Assembly: GCA_965603825.1 (NCBI GenBank)
Contig: CBFDEM010000005.1
Span: forward strand, 372,001 to 436,000
Origin: Blepharisma stoltei ATCC 30299
Lineage: Eukaryota; Protista; Ciliophora
Reading direction: 5' to 3'
DNA length: 64,000 nucleotides
The first letter of the stretch is position 1. Each line of letters begins with the position of its first letter. Shown here piece by piece: positions 12,780 to 23,691 of the stretch. The position numbers and the translations under genes were made by a program. A model generated the notes under the pieces. It was not told the DNA's origin, made no database searches, and worked only from the letters and a program-made list of their open reading frames with translations.

Positions 12780-13389
12780 ATAATAATTATAAGAATTTAT
12801 TAATATTTTGATCTTCAATTTTTAAACAGTTTCGATACAATTAAAAATGCCCAATTTAATTAATTGCAATGGTCCTCATAAAAGTAATTAGTTTTTGATT
12901 ATGGAGTGCTATAAATATTGTTCTGATTACTTTATTTAATATCTCATATATAGTATAATAAGATAAGAAAAATACCAATTTCGGTTTAATTTTATATCCG
13001 GGCTTTTTCTACAGCTTCTTAATGTCATAATATATGTGTATAAAAAAGTTCTACTAATCACAATTAACAAGTACAGATAAAATCTGACAAATTAAATACT
13101 CACGTGGCATTAGGAACTTTATCGATAAATTGATTAAAGTTGTCCTCGGGTTTCAATGCAAACCATTTTTAATTTAAAAATAAATACGATAGCCAAATAA
13201 TTTTTCACGGAGTCAGAATAAAGTATGCTAATTGTATTTGATTGCTTGAATATTATTATCAACTGTTTTTCATATTATTAAAATTTGCATACTATTTTTT
13301 TATAGTTATCTTTAGCATTAGCATTAGCCTGAGCAATTAGTAACTAGATTATAAGAATTTAAGACCTCTTTATAAAACCAAATTTTATT

Positions 13390-16044
13390 CTAAATCTGCA
13401 TTTTTTGGAGTAGTTCAATACGGTCTCGGCCTAATGCGTCGTTAATAAAATTGATTTCCTCATCAGAAAGGTTTCATTCATTCTTAGTGAAAACACCACC
13501 TTCTTGATTTTCTTGCTTCAAATTATAAGCCCTATTAAGGTCCTGCAAAGCTGCTTCTTCTTGTCTGAGATTATTAAATACTCTAGCTCTGTTGCAGAAA
13601 TACAAAGGATTATTGGGATCAAGTTCGATTGCCTCATCATAACATTGTATTGCTTCTTGATATCTCTCTAAAGCATAAAGAGCATTGCCTTTACCATTAA
13701 AAAATTTGTCATTATCTTGATTGATTCTGATTGCTTTATCATAGTTTTCTACTGCTTCTGTATATCTTCCTAATTCATTTAAAGCATATCCTTTCATCCA
13801 GTAAAAATCAGCATCATTTGGATTGAGCTTAATTGCTTCATCATAGCAATCGATTGCTTCTAGATATCTTTCTAATTTCTTAAAAGAGTTGCCTTTTTTA
13901 TAGAATAAATCAGAATTGTTTGGAAAGAGTTTGATTGCTTCATCATAGCATTCGATTGCTTCTAGATATTTTTCTAAATTCTCAAAAGCATTGCTTTTTT
14001 TTTTGTATAAATAAAAATTGTTTGGAAAGAGTTTGATTACTTCGTTATAGCACTCGATTGCTTCTAAGTATCTTTTTAAATCATAAAGGTCGTTGCCTTT
14101 TTCATTGTAAAAATCAGCATTGTTTGGATTGAGTTTGATTTTTTTGTCATATTGTTCGATTGCTTCTAGCTTTTTTCCTATATATTTTAGAGCAGTATCT
14201 TTTACGCTATTTTCATCGAGAAAATAAGAGTCAAGCTTAAAATTCTGGTCATTGCATCTTATTACTTCAATCTTTTTACCTACTCTTCTAAGTGAGATAT
14301 GCTTATTACAGTAAGCAACATCAGTAGTGATTATTTCATTTAAATTAAAAATATAATATTCTCTAACATTTTCAGAAATAGATGAGATGTATATTCCTCC
14401 TTTATTATAAGAGCAATACACTTGTTCAGGATCGCAATCCATTTTTGATTTTCCTATTCATCTCCAATTCGAGTAACTTCCAATTTCACTTTTATAGATT
14501 GATCCATTATCGCATTCAATCAAATATAGTCTCTCTGCATTTATCAGAATCTTTATTTTCTCCTCTTCAAATTCATAAGGAATTATAGAGAAAGAGTCAA
14601 TATCGATTGAGTATAACAAAAGATTTGCATCTTCATATCCAGCTATCAAAATATTTCCATTAAATATTATGCTATATCAATAATAATCAGCTTTTGGCAT
14701 TGTAGTTAATTGAATTCATCGATTTTGGTCCAAATCAAATTTACTAGATTGAGGTAAATAATCTTCATCATTTCCTCCAAAGCAATAGACGCTGTTGTTG
14801 AAATAGATGCATGATGACCATTCCCAAGGAGTTCCTGATGGCAGCACTTCGACCCCACCATTCACATCAATTAGCACTGAAATTCCCGAATGTAGATTAT
14901 TACTATAACAGAATAGCTTGCCATTTGGAAGCTGAGCTATGCAAGTGTCTGAATCTAATGGTTCTGGAGTCTCCAAGATTTTGATTTCTTCAGTTTCAGT
15001 TTCAGTGTTATAGATAATTAAATTAGTTCTGTCATTATTATCACCTTCTGTAACATTATAAAGAGATGCCTTTTGTTGATAAGCTTTAAGATACTCTTGG
15101 TAAGCTTTCATTAGTGGTGGATCATAAAGACTAGAACTGGTCTGAATTGCTGAGCAAGTTGTTCTGAAATCTATCTCTAATTCTGGATTGTTTGGTTTAC
15201 TCAAAATCTCAGCTGTTTTATTTCTTAAGGTCTCTATAACTTTTAAAGCGCATTCTGTTTCCTTAGATTTATTATTGAGATCGTTAGAAGCAGTACTTAT
15301 TTGAGAATTAAGCAAGCTTGTCTCGTTTTCTAGGGTTAGTTTTATTGGCTTGCTTACGTTTTCAGGCCCTTTTGAGCTCTCACTGTTCTCATTTATGATC
15401 AAGGAAATCGAATCCTTAACGTTTGCTGGCTCTATACTTGCAGGCTTATTAGTTTTATTATGCATATCAGGAGTATTTTGCATATTCCTGTTTTCTAAAT
15501 ATGCCCCACATATTTCTGTAAAGAAGGATCTATTTAGACTCTCTAACTTTTGATTGAATATGCAAAACAACTTTGCACCGTTATACCAATCTCTGTTGGC
15601 TATGGTCATCAATTTTACTTTCTCAATAGCTTCTTGGGGATATAAACTCAATAATCCTAAAATTGGATCTTGTTCTGACTTTAATAATTTTGAAACTTGG
15701 GAAATCTTTGCAAAGAAATCATTTATTTCATCTAAGTAACAATCCAACTTTCTTGTGAAATCTAAATCTTTTTCTGAATTGGAAAGACGCTGGCTAAAGG
15801 AATCTATAATTTTTCTTCTCAACTCGCTACATTTTGAATCTTCTTTTGTAAGGTATTCAAGAATTGCTTCTTTTGTCCCTTCACAAGGCTGCATAAAAAT
15901 TGATTCAAGATTATGGGCTTTATGAGGCAAGTTTGCATGCTCCCCAATATGCTCTCCGCACAATAAAGTCTCAGGAGAAGAGCATTTGCATGCATATTCA
16001 ACCTCATTCACACATCCGGGCTCGAAACATTTATTTGCCATCAT
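13390..16044 (-). CDS. Zinc finger + Kelch-like + TPR protein, paralog B (884 aa)
   Basis: Continuous with TGA=W; same length (2655 nt) and architecture as paralog A; ends TAG at 13390. Confidence 0.85.
13555..14170 (-). repeat. 102-bp TPR-coding tandem repeats (paralog B), approximate limits
   Basis: LEAIECYDEAIKL.PN units with a 34-aa period. Confidence 0.85.
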
Positions 16045-16304
16045 ATAATAATTAAATAATTTATTAGTATTTTGACCTTCAATTTTTAAGCAGTTTCGAT
16101 AACAATTAAAAATGCGTCCTTATAAAAATAATTAAATTTTGATTATGGAGTGCTATCAATATAGTTCTGATTACTTTATTTAATATCTCATATATAATAA
16201 GATAAGAAAAACGCCAATTTCGGTTTAATTTTATATCCAAAGGCTTTTTCTAAAGCTTCTTAATGTCATAATATATGTGTATAAAGAAGTTATGCTAATA
16301 ACAA

Positions 16305-17222
16305 TTAGATGAATTCATTTTCTTCTGCTCTCAACAAAGTAGACTTAGCCTTTAGCAGCACATGGGTTTTCCATCTATCTAAAGGTGTAATCTTATTAAA
16401 TTGCGCTGTAACTCCTTCAAACGCCCCTTGGTCACCAGTTCTAATAGCTGCAAGCAAATCTCTCACAAATCTGCATTCCCTCGAAGTCTCAAAGCTAGGG
16501 TCTCTATTCGAATACATATTCAAGTTATTCTCAGCTCCAACTGTGTCGTCATTAGCTAAGAAAAGCAATGCAGCTTTAAAATAGCAATCTTTGGCTGAAA
16601 ACCTTGTCAGATTATTCATCAAATATCGCTGCCCAACTAGTTCAAAAGTCTATATAGAAAATACTTTGATAGCTTTCAATATTGTTTCTCCATCCAAAGA
16701 ATCCAATGTGCTTAATTCAGCTGCCTTTAAGTGGCAAGAGTTTGCAGTTCCATCACTATTATCTAATTCGAACAGTTCAGCAGCTTGCGAATAATTTTCA
16801 CAAGCAAGGCCAAGCATTTCATCAGTTTCATATATCTCTGCTATTTGTTTTCTCAGCCTTGCAGCTTGTCCAATTCGGCTGCTATTAACCAAAATTTCAA
16901 CAGCACGGTTGTAATGGCTTACCGCATCAGCTGAATTCACTTTTCTTACGACGTTTCCTGCTTCTGAATAATAATTTGCAGCTTCGTCTGGGACACATTC
17001 AGCACACTTACAAAATGAACGGGCTGAAGAAATGTCTATATAGAAAATACAGTCTTTGCCGAGACGGTAGTAATTAGCGGCTTGCTTATAAAGCTCAGCT
17101 GCTTCTTCATGTCGGGCATCACGATTTGAAAACATTCTCCCGAAAACACCTGGTTTGCATTTCTTTTCTGCCTGATTGAATGCTTCTTGGGCTCGCCTGA
17201 TATAATTAGAGTCTTCAACCAT
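16305..17222 (-). CDS. Alpha-soluble NSF attachment protein (alpha-SNAP/Sec17), two 15-nt introns
   Basis: EEAAELYKQAANYYRL, AARLRKQIAEIYE, DPSFETSRECRF, LDRWKTHVLL; introns at 17036-17050 and 16650-16664. Confidence 0.93.
16650..16664 (-). other. 15-nt intron GTATTTTCTATATAG
   Basis: Ends in an in-frame TAG; removal gives KAIK-TFELVGQRYL. Confidence 0.92.
17036..17050 (-). other. 15-nt intron GTATTTTCTATATAG
   Basis: Identical to the intron at 16650; removal gives LGKD-YISSARSF. Confidence 0.85.
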
Positions 17223-17330
17223 TTTTTAGTTAGCATCTGAACAAGAGAAATATTGTGATTAAAAAGATATAAAATTTAAATTTCCATTATATTAGAATTA
17301 TTGCAAACTATATTGAAACAATAAGAATTA

Positions 17331-18587
17331 TTAATTTAATGATTGCAATATAGATTTCAAAAAATCTTCAAGCTGAAGATGATCTTTTATGCAAGAACTG
17401 AAAAACTTGCACAGAGATAGCTCATATTTTTTCGCTTTTTGATTTTTAAATAGAGGGATATCATTTTTCGATTGCTTGGAAACTAGGATTTTCCTTATAA
17501 TCGTCAATGAGTTCACATCAGTTTCGCTGTAAAGAATGCTATTTTCCATGTGAAACATTTTCTTCTCCTTGCTTTTCATTGATATAAAGCTAATAAAAGA
17601 TTTTTTATTCTGTTGAAAAGACTGCATGCTTGATTTTTCGTTATGAAGCTTCTCTACAGCTCTTTCTAAAAACTTTTCATACTCATAGCTTCTTAATATT
17701 GCTTCAATCATGGCGTTTAAATCTAAAATTTCTAGTTTTATTCAATCTAAAAGCCCTTTATAAGGATTTACTGGCTTGCTTAAGTTTTGAAATCTTATTT
17801 CTCTGACCCCAAAACATTTGGCATATTTTAAATTTATTTCACCCAGCTCTCTAAAAAGCCTTTCGCTTTCTCTCATTTTTCTTTCGTAGCACTCTTGGTT
17901 TCTTTTACAAACTTCTTCGAATTGTCCAAAAAGTTCCAAGCAAGCTTTAAATGCCCTATAACTATTATCAATAACTTGTTCATTATCATGGGAATCCTGA
18001 TCAATATAATAATCAAGAAATTCATTTTGATAAATATCAGCAATATCTTTAAATGACCTTCTTTTCATTTCGCTAGCAAGTCTGTAAAAGTCATTTGGGT
18101 TCCTAATAAATTGTTGGAACTCTTCAGAGTTATAAATTGGGGACAGTCCTGATGTCCTCTTCAAGAAAAAATCCAAAATAGCTCTTCTTTCTTCAATAAA
18201 ATCAGGATCTAAATTTCCAAGAATCTGCTTTGATGGAAGCTGAGGAATAAAACATCCGGGTCAATGTTGAATTAAAACACTTCTAAGAGCTGTGAAATCT
18301 TTATATCTCCGTTCAATTTCAAAGTTTCCTTTAGCATCCATACCTTGAACTGTATAGATAGCGTGCTTATTTAAAGTGCGATCAATTATTTTTGGCTTTG
18401 ATACTGATATGATCACTCGGTCAATTTTATTGAGTCCAGAAGGAGATGTAAATCGATAATGGTCACTGGAGTTACTTTGAGAAAAGTTTATATATTCTTC
18501 TTCTAGAGAGGAAGCTGTTGTGGATTCTGAAATTTGATATAGAGAGCTACCTATATCCATATATTGGGTTTGATTTATATAAGGCAT
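17331..18587 (-). CDS. PX-domain sorting nexin-like protein (418 aa)
   Basis: ERRYKDFTALRSVLIQH[W]PGCFIPQLPSK..FIEERR PX motif; joined through TGAs at 18261 and 17742; helical C-terminal half. Confidence 0.88.
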
Positions 18588-18876
18588 TTTTTGGAAAAAT
18601 TTAAGAAAGAATTACATAATTTATTAGCCTTTGCCATTATCAAGTAATGCTTTATGCAGCTTAGGAATTGATTTTGAAAATCTTCTTAGAATGGGCTAAT
18701 TAATCTGTGAATGGAAATGCAGATTGTTGAACTATAAAAATGAAGAGACGAATATGCCTTTATCTATTTAAAAATTAAATGAAATTAATTATAATTGTAA
18801 AACAAATACAAGGAATATTTTTTATGCATTATTGGTGAAGGAAATAATCTCAGTCAAATGATGAAGTCTTTATTAC

Positions 18877-19923
18877 TTAATCTTCTGGTGGTGCAGAAAC
18901 GTAAATTGCTGGAAACACTGCCTGGTCAAATATTCCAATTGAGTCCGCAAACCATGTAGTCAAGAACAAAGGCACTCCTGCCTTAAATAAATATGCATGG
19001 AACCCATTCCACATCTGTGCAATATAAAATTGGTCGCTCAATGCTTTCCAAAACGCTTCTGCATAATTAGTGAAGAAAAGCTCTCCCTTTGAATTCTTCG
19101 GTAGCTCTTCAACAAAATGCCTTAGAAGTCTGAATGGGTAGCCCATGAACAACCCAGAATATACCCCAAGACTCACATAGGCAGCTCTTAGCCAGCATTC
19201 TGGAGTTCCAGGCTGATCAGTCCCCCAATGCTTCATGTGCCTTGATTTCTCTTTCCAGAAATCAGTCCAAAAAAACAAGCCCAAAGTTTCACCAAAGGCT
19301 TCCCCCATAATAGGCCCTGCGCTCCTTACAAATGGATACATCCCATCTTTTTTTAAAATTGTTATAGCAGCATGCAGGTGATTTCTATACCCCCTCGCAT
19401 ACTCTTTTGGAAGAATTTTATCTTGTTCAAATCTTATTGAAACATTGTGGAAAGGAACAGGAATTCAGCATGTAACGAGACCAATAGCTCCAGCAGTGAT
19501 TAAACTTTTGCCTCAATCTACATTTACAGTGTGGAATTCATGCGGGTACCCGCCTGCGTAATCTTTCCAAAGGTAAAACCTGGATGTTTGGAATGCAAGT
19601 CCATAGGCACTATTAAACATAATTCCTGATATGACTTCGTGGCGGAAATTTTCCATTTTCATCATTTGTCTGACGAAAATTCTTAGTGAATGTAGGCTGT
19701 CTGGGGCTTGATAATAGTGGAGCAGATCACTTGCAGGGTTATAAATCTGGTTCCATAGAGCTTTAGTGATGCCAAAATAAAGACCGGAAAGCTGAGCTTG
19801 CTGAAGATTTCAAGCCGGATTCCAGTTGGGTGGAGTCATCCACCTATAATATATCATTCGGGTTCGAGCATTGTGATTTCTCGCGATTATCACAGGCTTC
19901 TGGCCTTCTATTTCTTGATACAT
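18877..19923 (-). CDS. Divergent mitochondrial carrier (2-oxoglutarate/malate-carrier-like, 348 aa)
   Basis: With TGA=W the ORF extends to ATG 19923. VPFHNVSIRFEQDKILPKEYARGYRNHLHAAITILKKDG resembles the OGC/DTC second repeat. Confidence 0.7.
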
Positions 19924-20077
19924 ATTTAATAAAAGAAATTACTATAGTCCACTATTATTTGTTAATAGTCTATTAAGCATATTTCTAATAAATATTGATA
20001 GAAGATTTCCTATAAAAGATCCAGATAATATTGAGAAGATATAGAGCTTTTAAATTTATTGAAATTTAATAAATTAA

Positions 20078-21838
20078 ATGAATGCAGCAGAAAGCTCAGC
20101 GATTTTAGTATTTCTATGCCTTTTTCTTATCTACAGTGCAATAACAGTATTATGTGGCTTCAGAGCGGTCAGGCTTCATAAGTTCTCATCTGAGTGAAGA
20201 CATACTAAGTTTTTCTATCTTACAGTGCTTTCTCAAGCTTTATTGCGAGCTATTTGCTTCTTGGTGATTCTTACAAATATTGGAAACATTGATGATAAAG
20301 GAATTTATTTGTTACTCTCAGTTCCTGACTCTTTGTTCGTTGTGAGTTATTTGATGCTTACTTGGCAAACTCTAACAGTCTTTTACTATGCTCACCATTC
20401 TCAATTAAGATCTTCTTTTTTGGCGAAACTAGCAAAAAGGCCAACACATAGCTTTGCAAGCGCAATGCTTGTAACTCTACTAATACTGTGGCTATTTGCT
20501 CAAAGCTTACTTTATCTATTGATGATAGCTAATATTATAACTGAGACAAATATTTCAACTGAAATAGGGCTGGTGAATTTTATTCTACCTGTTTTTGTAA
20601 TAGGAAGCATGATATATCTACAGATCAAATACTCAGGAATGCCTGCCAGATCCTTAATATGAAAATCCAGACTGAAGAAAATCAACTGTGTGACTATATT
20701 TTGATCAATTGCAAGATTTGCTGGAGGAGTTGACAACATTTTAGCTGAATACTCAGAGCCAAGTATTAGTTCAAACATTACAAATAGAACTGACCATGCT
20801 ATGGATACTGCTGCAGCTGCTTTAATGATTCTTTCTTTAATAATTAGCGAAGTTATATGCATGATTTTGGTACTGGATTTCAGTTTTATTGGAATTTTTT
20901 TATTTTCTGAAGAAGATGACCAGCAGAGCTTAATGGATCGAAGCCCTTCTGTGCAGCAAACCCGTTCAAGTGGGTCTTCAGAAAGAGATGACTATACAAC
21001 GTTCAGTATGATCATTACTAATATGATGATGACAATGGATGATTTAGAAATCAAAGAAGAAATGCCTAGCAGGAAAAACGGCTTTGGCAAACTTTATAAG
21101 GCCAGCTATAAAGGCATGCCTGTTGTGTTGAGAAAAATCATCTTTAAAAGATTGAGTGGCTACGTGTTGGAAGAATTCACAGCAGAAATCGATTCTTATC
21201 AAAATTTAGTAAGCAATAAAATTATTCCAATTGTAGGGGTGATTTTGGATCTTCCAACAGTAGGCATTGTATCACCTTACATTAATGGAGGATCTTTATA
21301 TAAAGCTCTTCATGTGGAAAAGGCAGGGTTTACAAAGCAGGAAAAATATCATATTGCGCTTGAGCTTGCATCTTGTTTAGAAACAGTTCATGCCCAGGGC
21401 AAAGTGCATGGCCATCTGAGCTCAGAAAATATTTTGCTTAACGATGAAGGAGTTGCCTTGATTTCTGACTTAGGATTTCAGAAAATGAAAAAATATGCAG
21501 GAATTATTTTTGGATATACAAATAAGTCAGGATGGAGCTCTCCTGAGATCTTGCAAGAAAAAAGACTTACGCCTTTAAAAGTCGTGCCGAGTGATGATAT
21601 TTATAGCTTTGGGATGGTTTTATGAGAATTAATGACAGGACAAGAGCCCTTTCCAGGCTACTCAAGTCAGCAGTTATATCAGCATGTGGTAGTTGATAAT
21701 TACCGGCCTATGATCCCAGCTGAAATCCCAGAAGCACTGCGGAGTTTAATTATTTCGTGCTGGAATAAAGAGCCAGCTAACAGACCTTCAATGCAACTTA
21801 TAGCTAGAACATTAACCCGTTTAATTAATGAACAATAA
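20078..21838 (+). CDS. 7TM (TOM1/THH1/GPR137-like) domain fused to a TKL-type pseudokinase (586 aa)
   Basis: Single frame with TGA=W; seven hydrophobic segments, then GFGKLY, VHGHLSSENILL, ISDLG, WSSPE, DIYSFGMVL[W]ELMTGQEPF. Confidence 0.85.
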
Positions 21839-21845
21839 ATATAAA

Positions 21846-22715
21846 ATGTTTAGAGCAATCCCTACAGGAAATAAAGTGCTTACTAAGAAATGAAATGAAA
21901 GAAATGACGAACTCTTAGGCAAAAGGATCAAAAATATCCGCCCTATGATCGATAACACCTGCCCAAGCTCTTTTGGAGTTCAAAAAAAGTTATCTAAAAG
22001 AGAAAAACTGATTGAAGGTAAAATCTAAAAAGATCGATACTCAGAAATAGAAAAAGATAATAGGCATCTGCTTGAAAGAATGTCGCAAATCATGAATAAC
22101 CGAGCACAATCTTGCAAACCAAAAACACATTCTGTCAAAAGTTTAAATTTAGATTCAAGAAAAAGGTCTTTAATAAACATCACTTTAGAAAACCAAGCAA
22201 TGCTGAAAAGGCTAAGGAGCAAAAAAGCAGTTTATAGTGTGAAAAAATGAGAAGCAGAAAGGAAAAATAACGAAAACATTTTGAATGTGATTTGTGAGTT
22301 TCCATATAAATTGGGCAATAATTTGAGGATGAGAAAAACTATATCAGAAACAAGCTTCAAAAAAGTAAGACAGCGCGGATCAATTGATAGTAATATAGAG
22401 AAGCCTACTACATTACAAGATCTCTTGTTTAAAAAAAGTGTTATGATTTCTGGGCGGAGCTTCATGCTCGAAATTATGAGAGGAAACACGTAAAAATTAT
22501 TTAGTCATATACAAATTTTTGTAATTGATGGAGAAAACCAAAGATGTTTTAATTTAGAAATGTCAATTAAAGAAGTACATAAGCTAATCAAAGGAGAAAA
22601 TTATGAAGATTTAGTGAAAATGCTGATGCTAGAAAATGATGAACTTGTATTAGTCAAATATGAAGCGAAAAATAAAGACGAGAGATCTCCAAATATTTCC
22701 TGTCCTGATATATAA
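21846..22715 (+). CDS. CFAP97/Hemingway-family cilia protein, two tiny introns
   Basis: MFRAIP..LTKK[W]..IRPMIDNTCP, EIEKDNRHLLERM, SLNLDSRKR, ITLENQAMLKRL; needs introns 22018-22031 and 22490-22504. Confidence 0.8.
22018..22031 (+). other. Candidate 14-nt intron GTAAAATCTAAAAG
   Basis: Removes an in-frame TAA and supplies the 3n+2 shift needed to give LIE-DRYSEIEKDN. Confidence 0.7.
22490..22504 (+). other. 15-nt intron GTAAAAATTATTTAG
   Basis: Removes an in-frame TAA; the ORF then continues about 70 codons to TAA at 22713-22715. Confidence 0.8.
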
Positions 22716-22779
22716 ACTGCCATTATAGATAGTGGAGTTTTGGATAAATTAAGAAATATTTTTCTTCGTAATATTTAAG

Positions 22780-23040
22780 ATGGCTGAGAGGATTATAGTG
22801 TGTGAAATGACTGATGATATGAGGGATGATGCAATTAAAGAAGCAAGGCATGCAGCTGAACAAAAGGAAAGTGAAAAGGAGATTTCGCGAGCCATAAAAA
22901 AATTCTTTGATAATAAGTACTCCCCATGTTGGCACTGTATTGTGGGTAAAAGTTTCAATGCTTATGTCTCTTATCAAACTAAACACTTCATTTTCTTTTA
23001 TGTCAAGCAGATCGCGGTTCTTTTATACAAAATGGGGTAA
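22780..23040 (+). CDS. Dynein light chain type 1 (LC8 family)
   Basis: EKEISRAIKKFFDNKYSPCWHCIVGKSF..V; 86 aa. Confidence 0.93.
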   Translation: MAERIIVCEMTDDMRDDAIKEARHAAEQKESEKEISRAIKKFFDNKYSPCWHCIVGKSFNAYVSYQTKHFIFFYVKQIAVLLYKMG

Positions 23041-23691
23041 TGTTTTAAGTAACCGATAAATCAACTACTATTTAAGTGGGATTAATAAAATAATAAATTA
23101 AACAGCAAAATTGCTATATTTGCTTTTAGTCAAAAAATATTGCTCATCTATGAAGTGGCATTAAGAAAACTTCAATAGCCTAAATTTGCAGTAAAGCCTA
23201 GAAGACAGGCTTTTGCAATAAATTCGAGCTAAATCTATTATAGATTATAACAAACAATTTTTGTTTCAACTCCATATATTATAGGGTTTTTACAATGATT
23301 TCCGTTAATTACAGAATATGCTATTATTATTTTTCTTTACTAATTTCGATTTTCAGAATGTTAAAAAATTAAAATGGCATTATTTTAGCACTTTTCGAAA
23401 GAGAAAAATTAATTTCAAAAAATCTAAACAAAATTACTAGCTAATAAGGTTTGCTATTCTGTCTTAATGCAAGAAGTGAACTAGAAATTCTTTATTTAGC
23501 TTCAAAATTTTTTTTGTTACAATTCACTGCATATTAAAAAATAGGCACCATTAATTCTATTAATATTAAAGATATTTTTAAAAATTTTTATAATCACACT
23601 AATCTTTCTATTCATCATTTGAGCAATTATGGCATTAAATAATAAAGACCTTTCAAATGGAAAGCTATGCTTGTAATTTATAATTTAAAAC

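Larger units (their letters stand above)
9880..13066. repeat. Tandem segmental duplication, copy 1 (~3.2 kb)
   Basis: Colinear and highly similar to 13139-16307, including non-coding flanks; both start GTTGTCCTCGGGTTTCAATGC and end ...ACAATTA. Confidence 0.95.
13139..16307. repeat. Tandem segmental duplication, copy 2 (~3.2 kb)
   Basis: Paralogous to 9880-13066; carries an orphan copy of the first codons of the MGC gene (MVCIETRGQ) and ends at the alpha-SNAP stop codon. Confidence 0.95.

Noticed and set aside
10290-14170. CRISPR-like array or diversity-generating retroelement
   Set aside because: The repeats are in-frame TPR units without spacers, and no cas gene or reverse transcriptase is present in the window.
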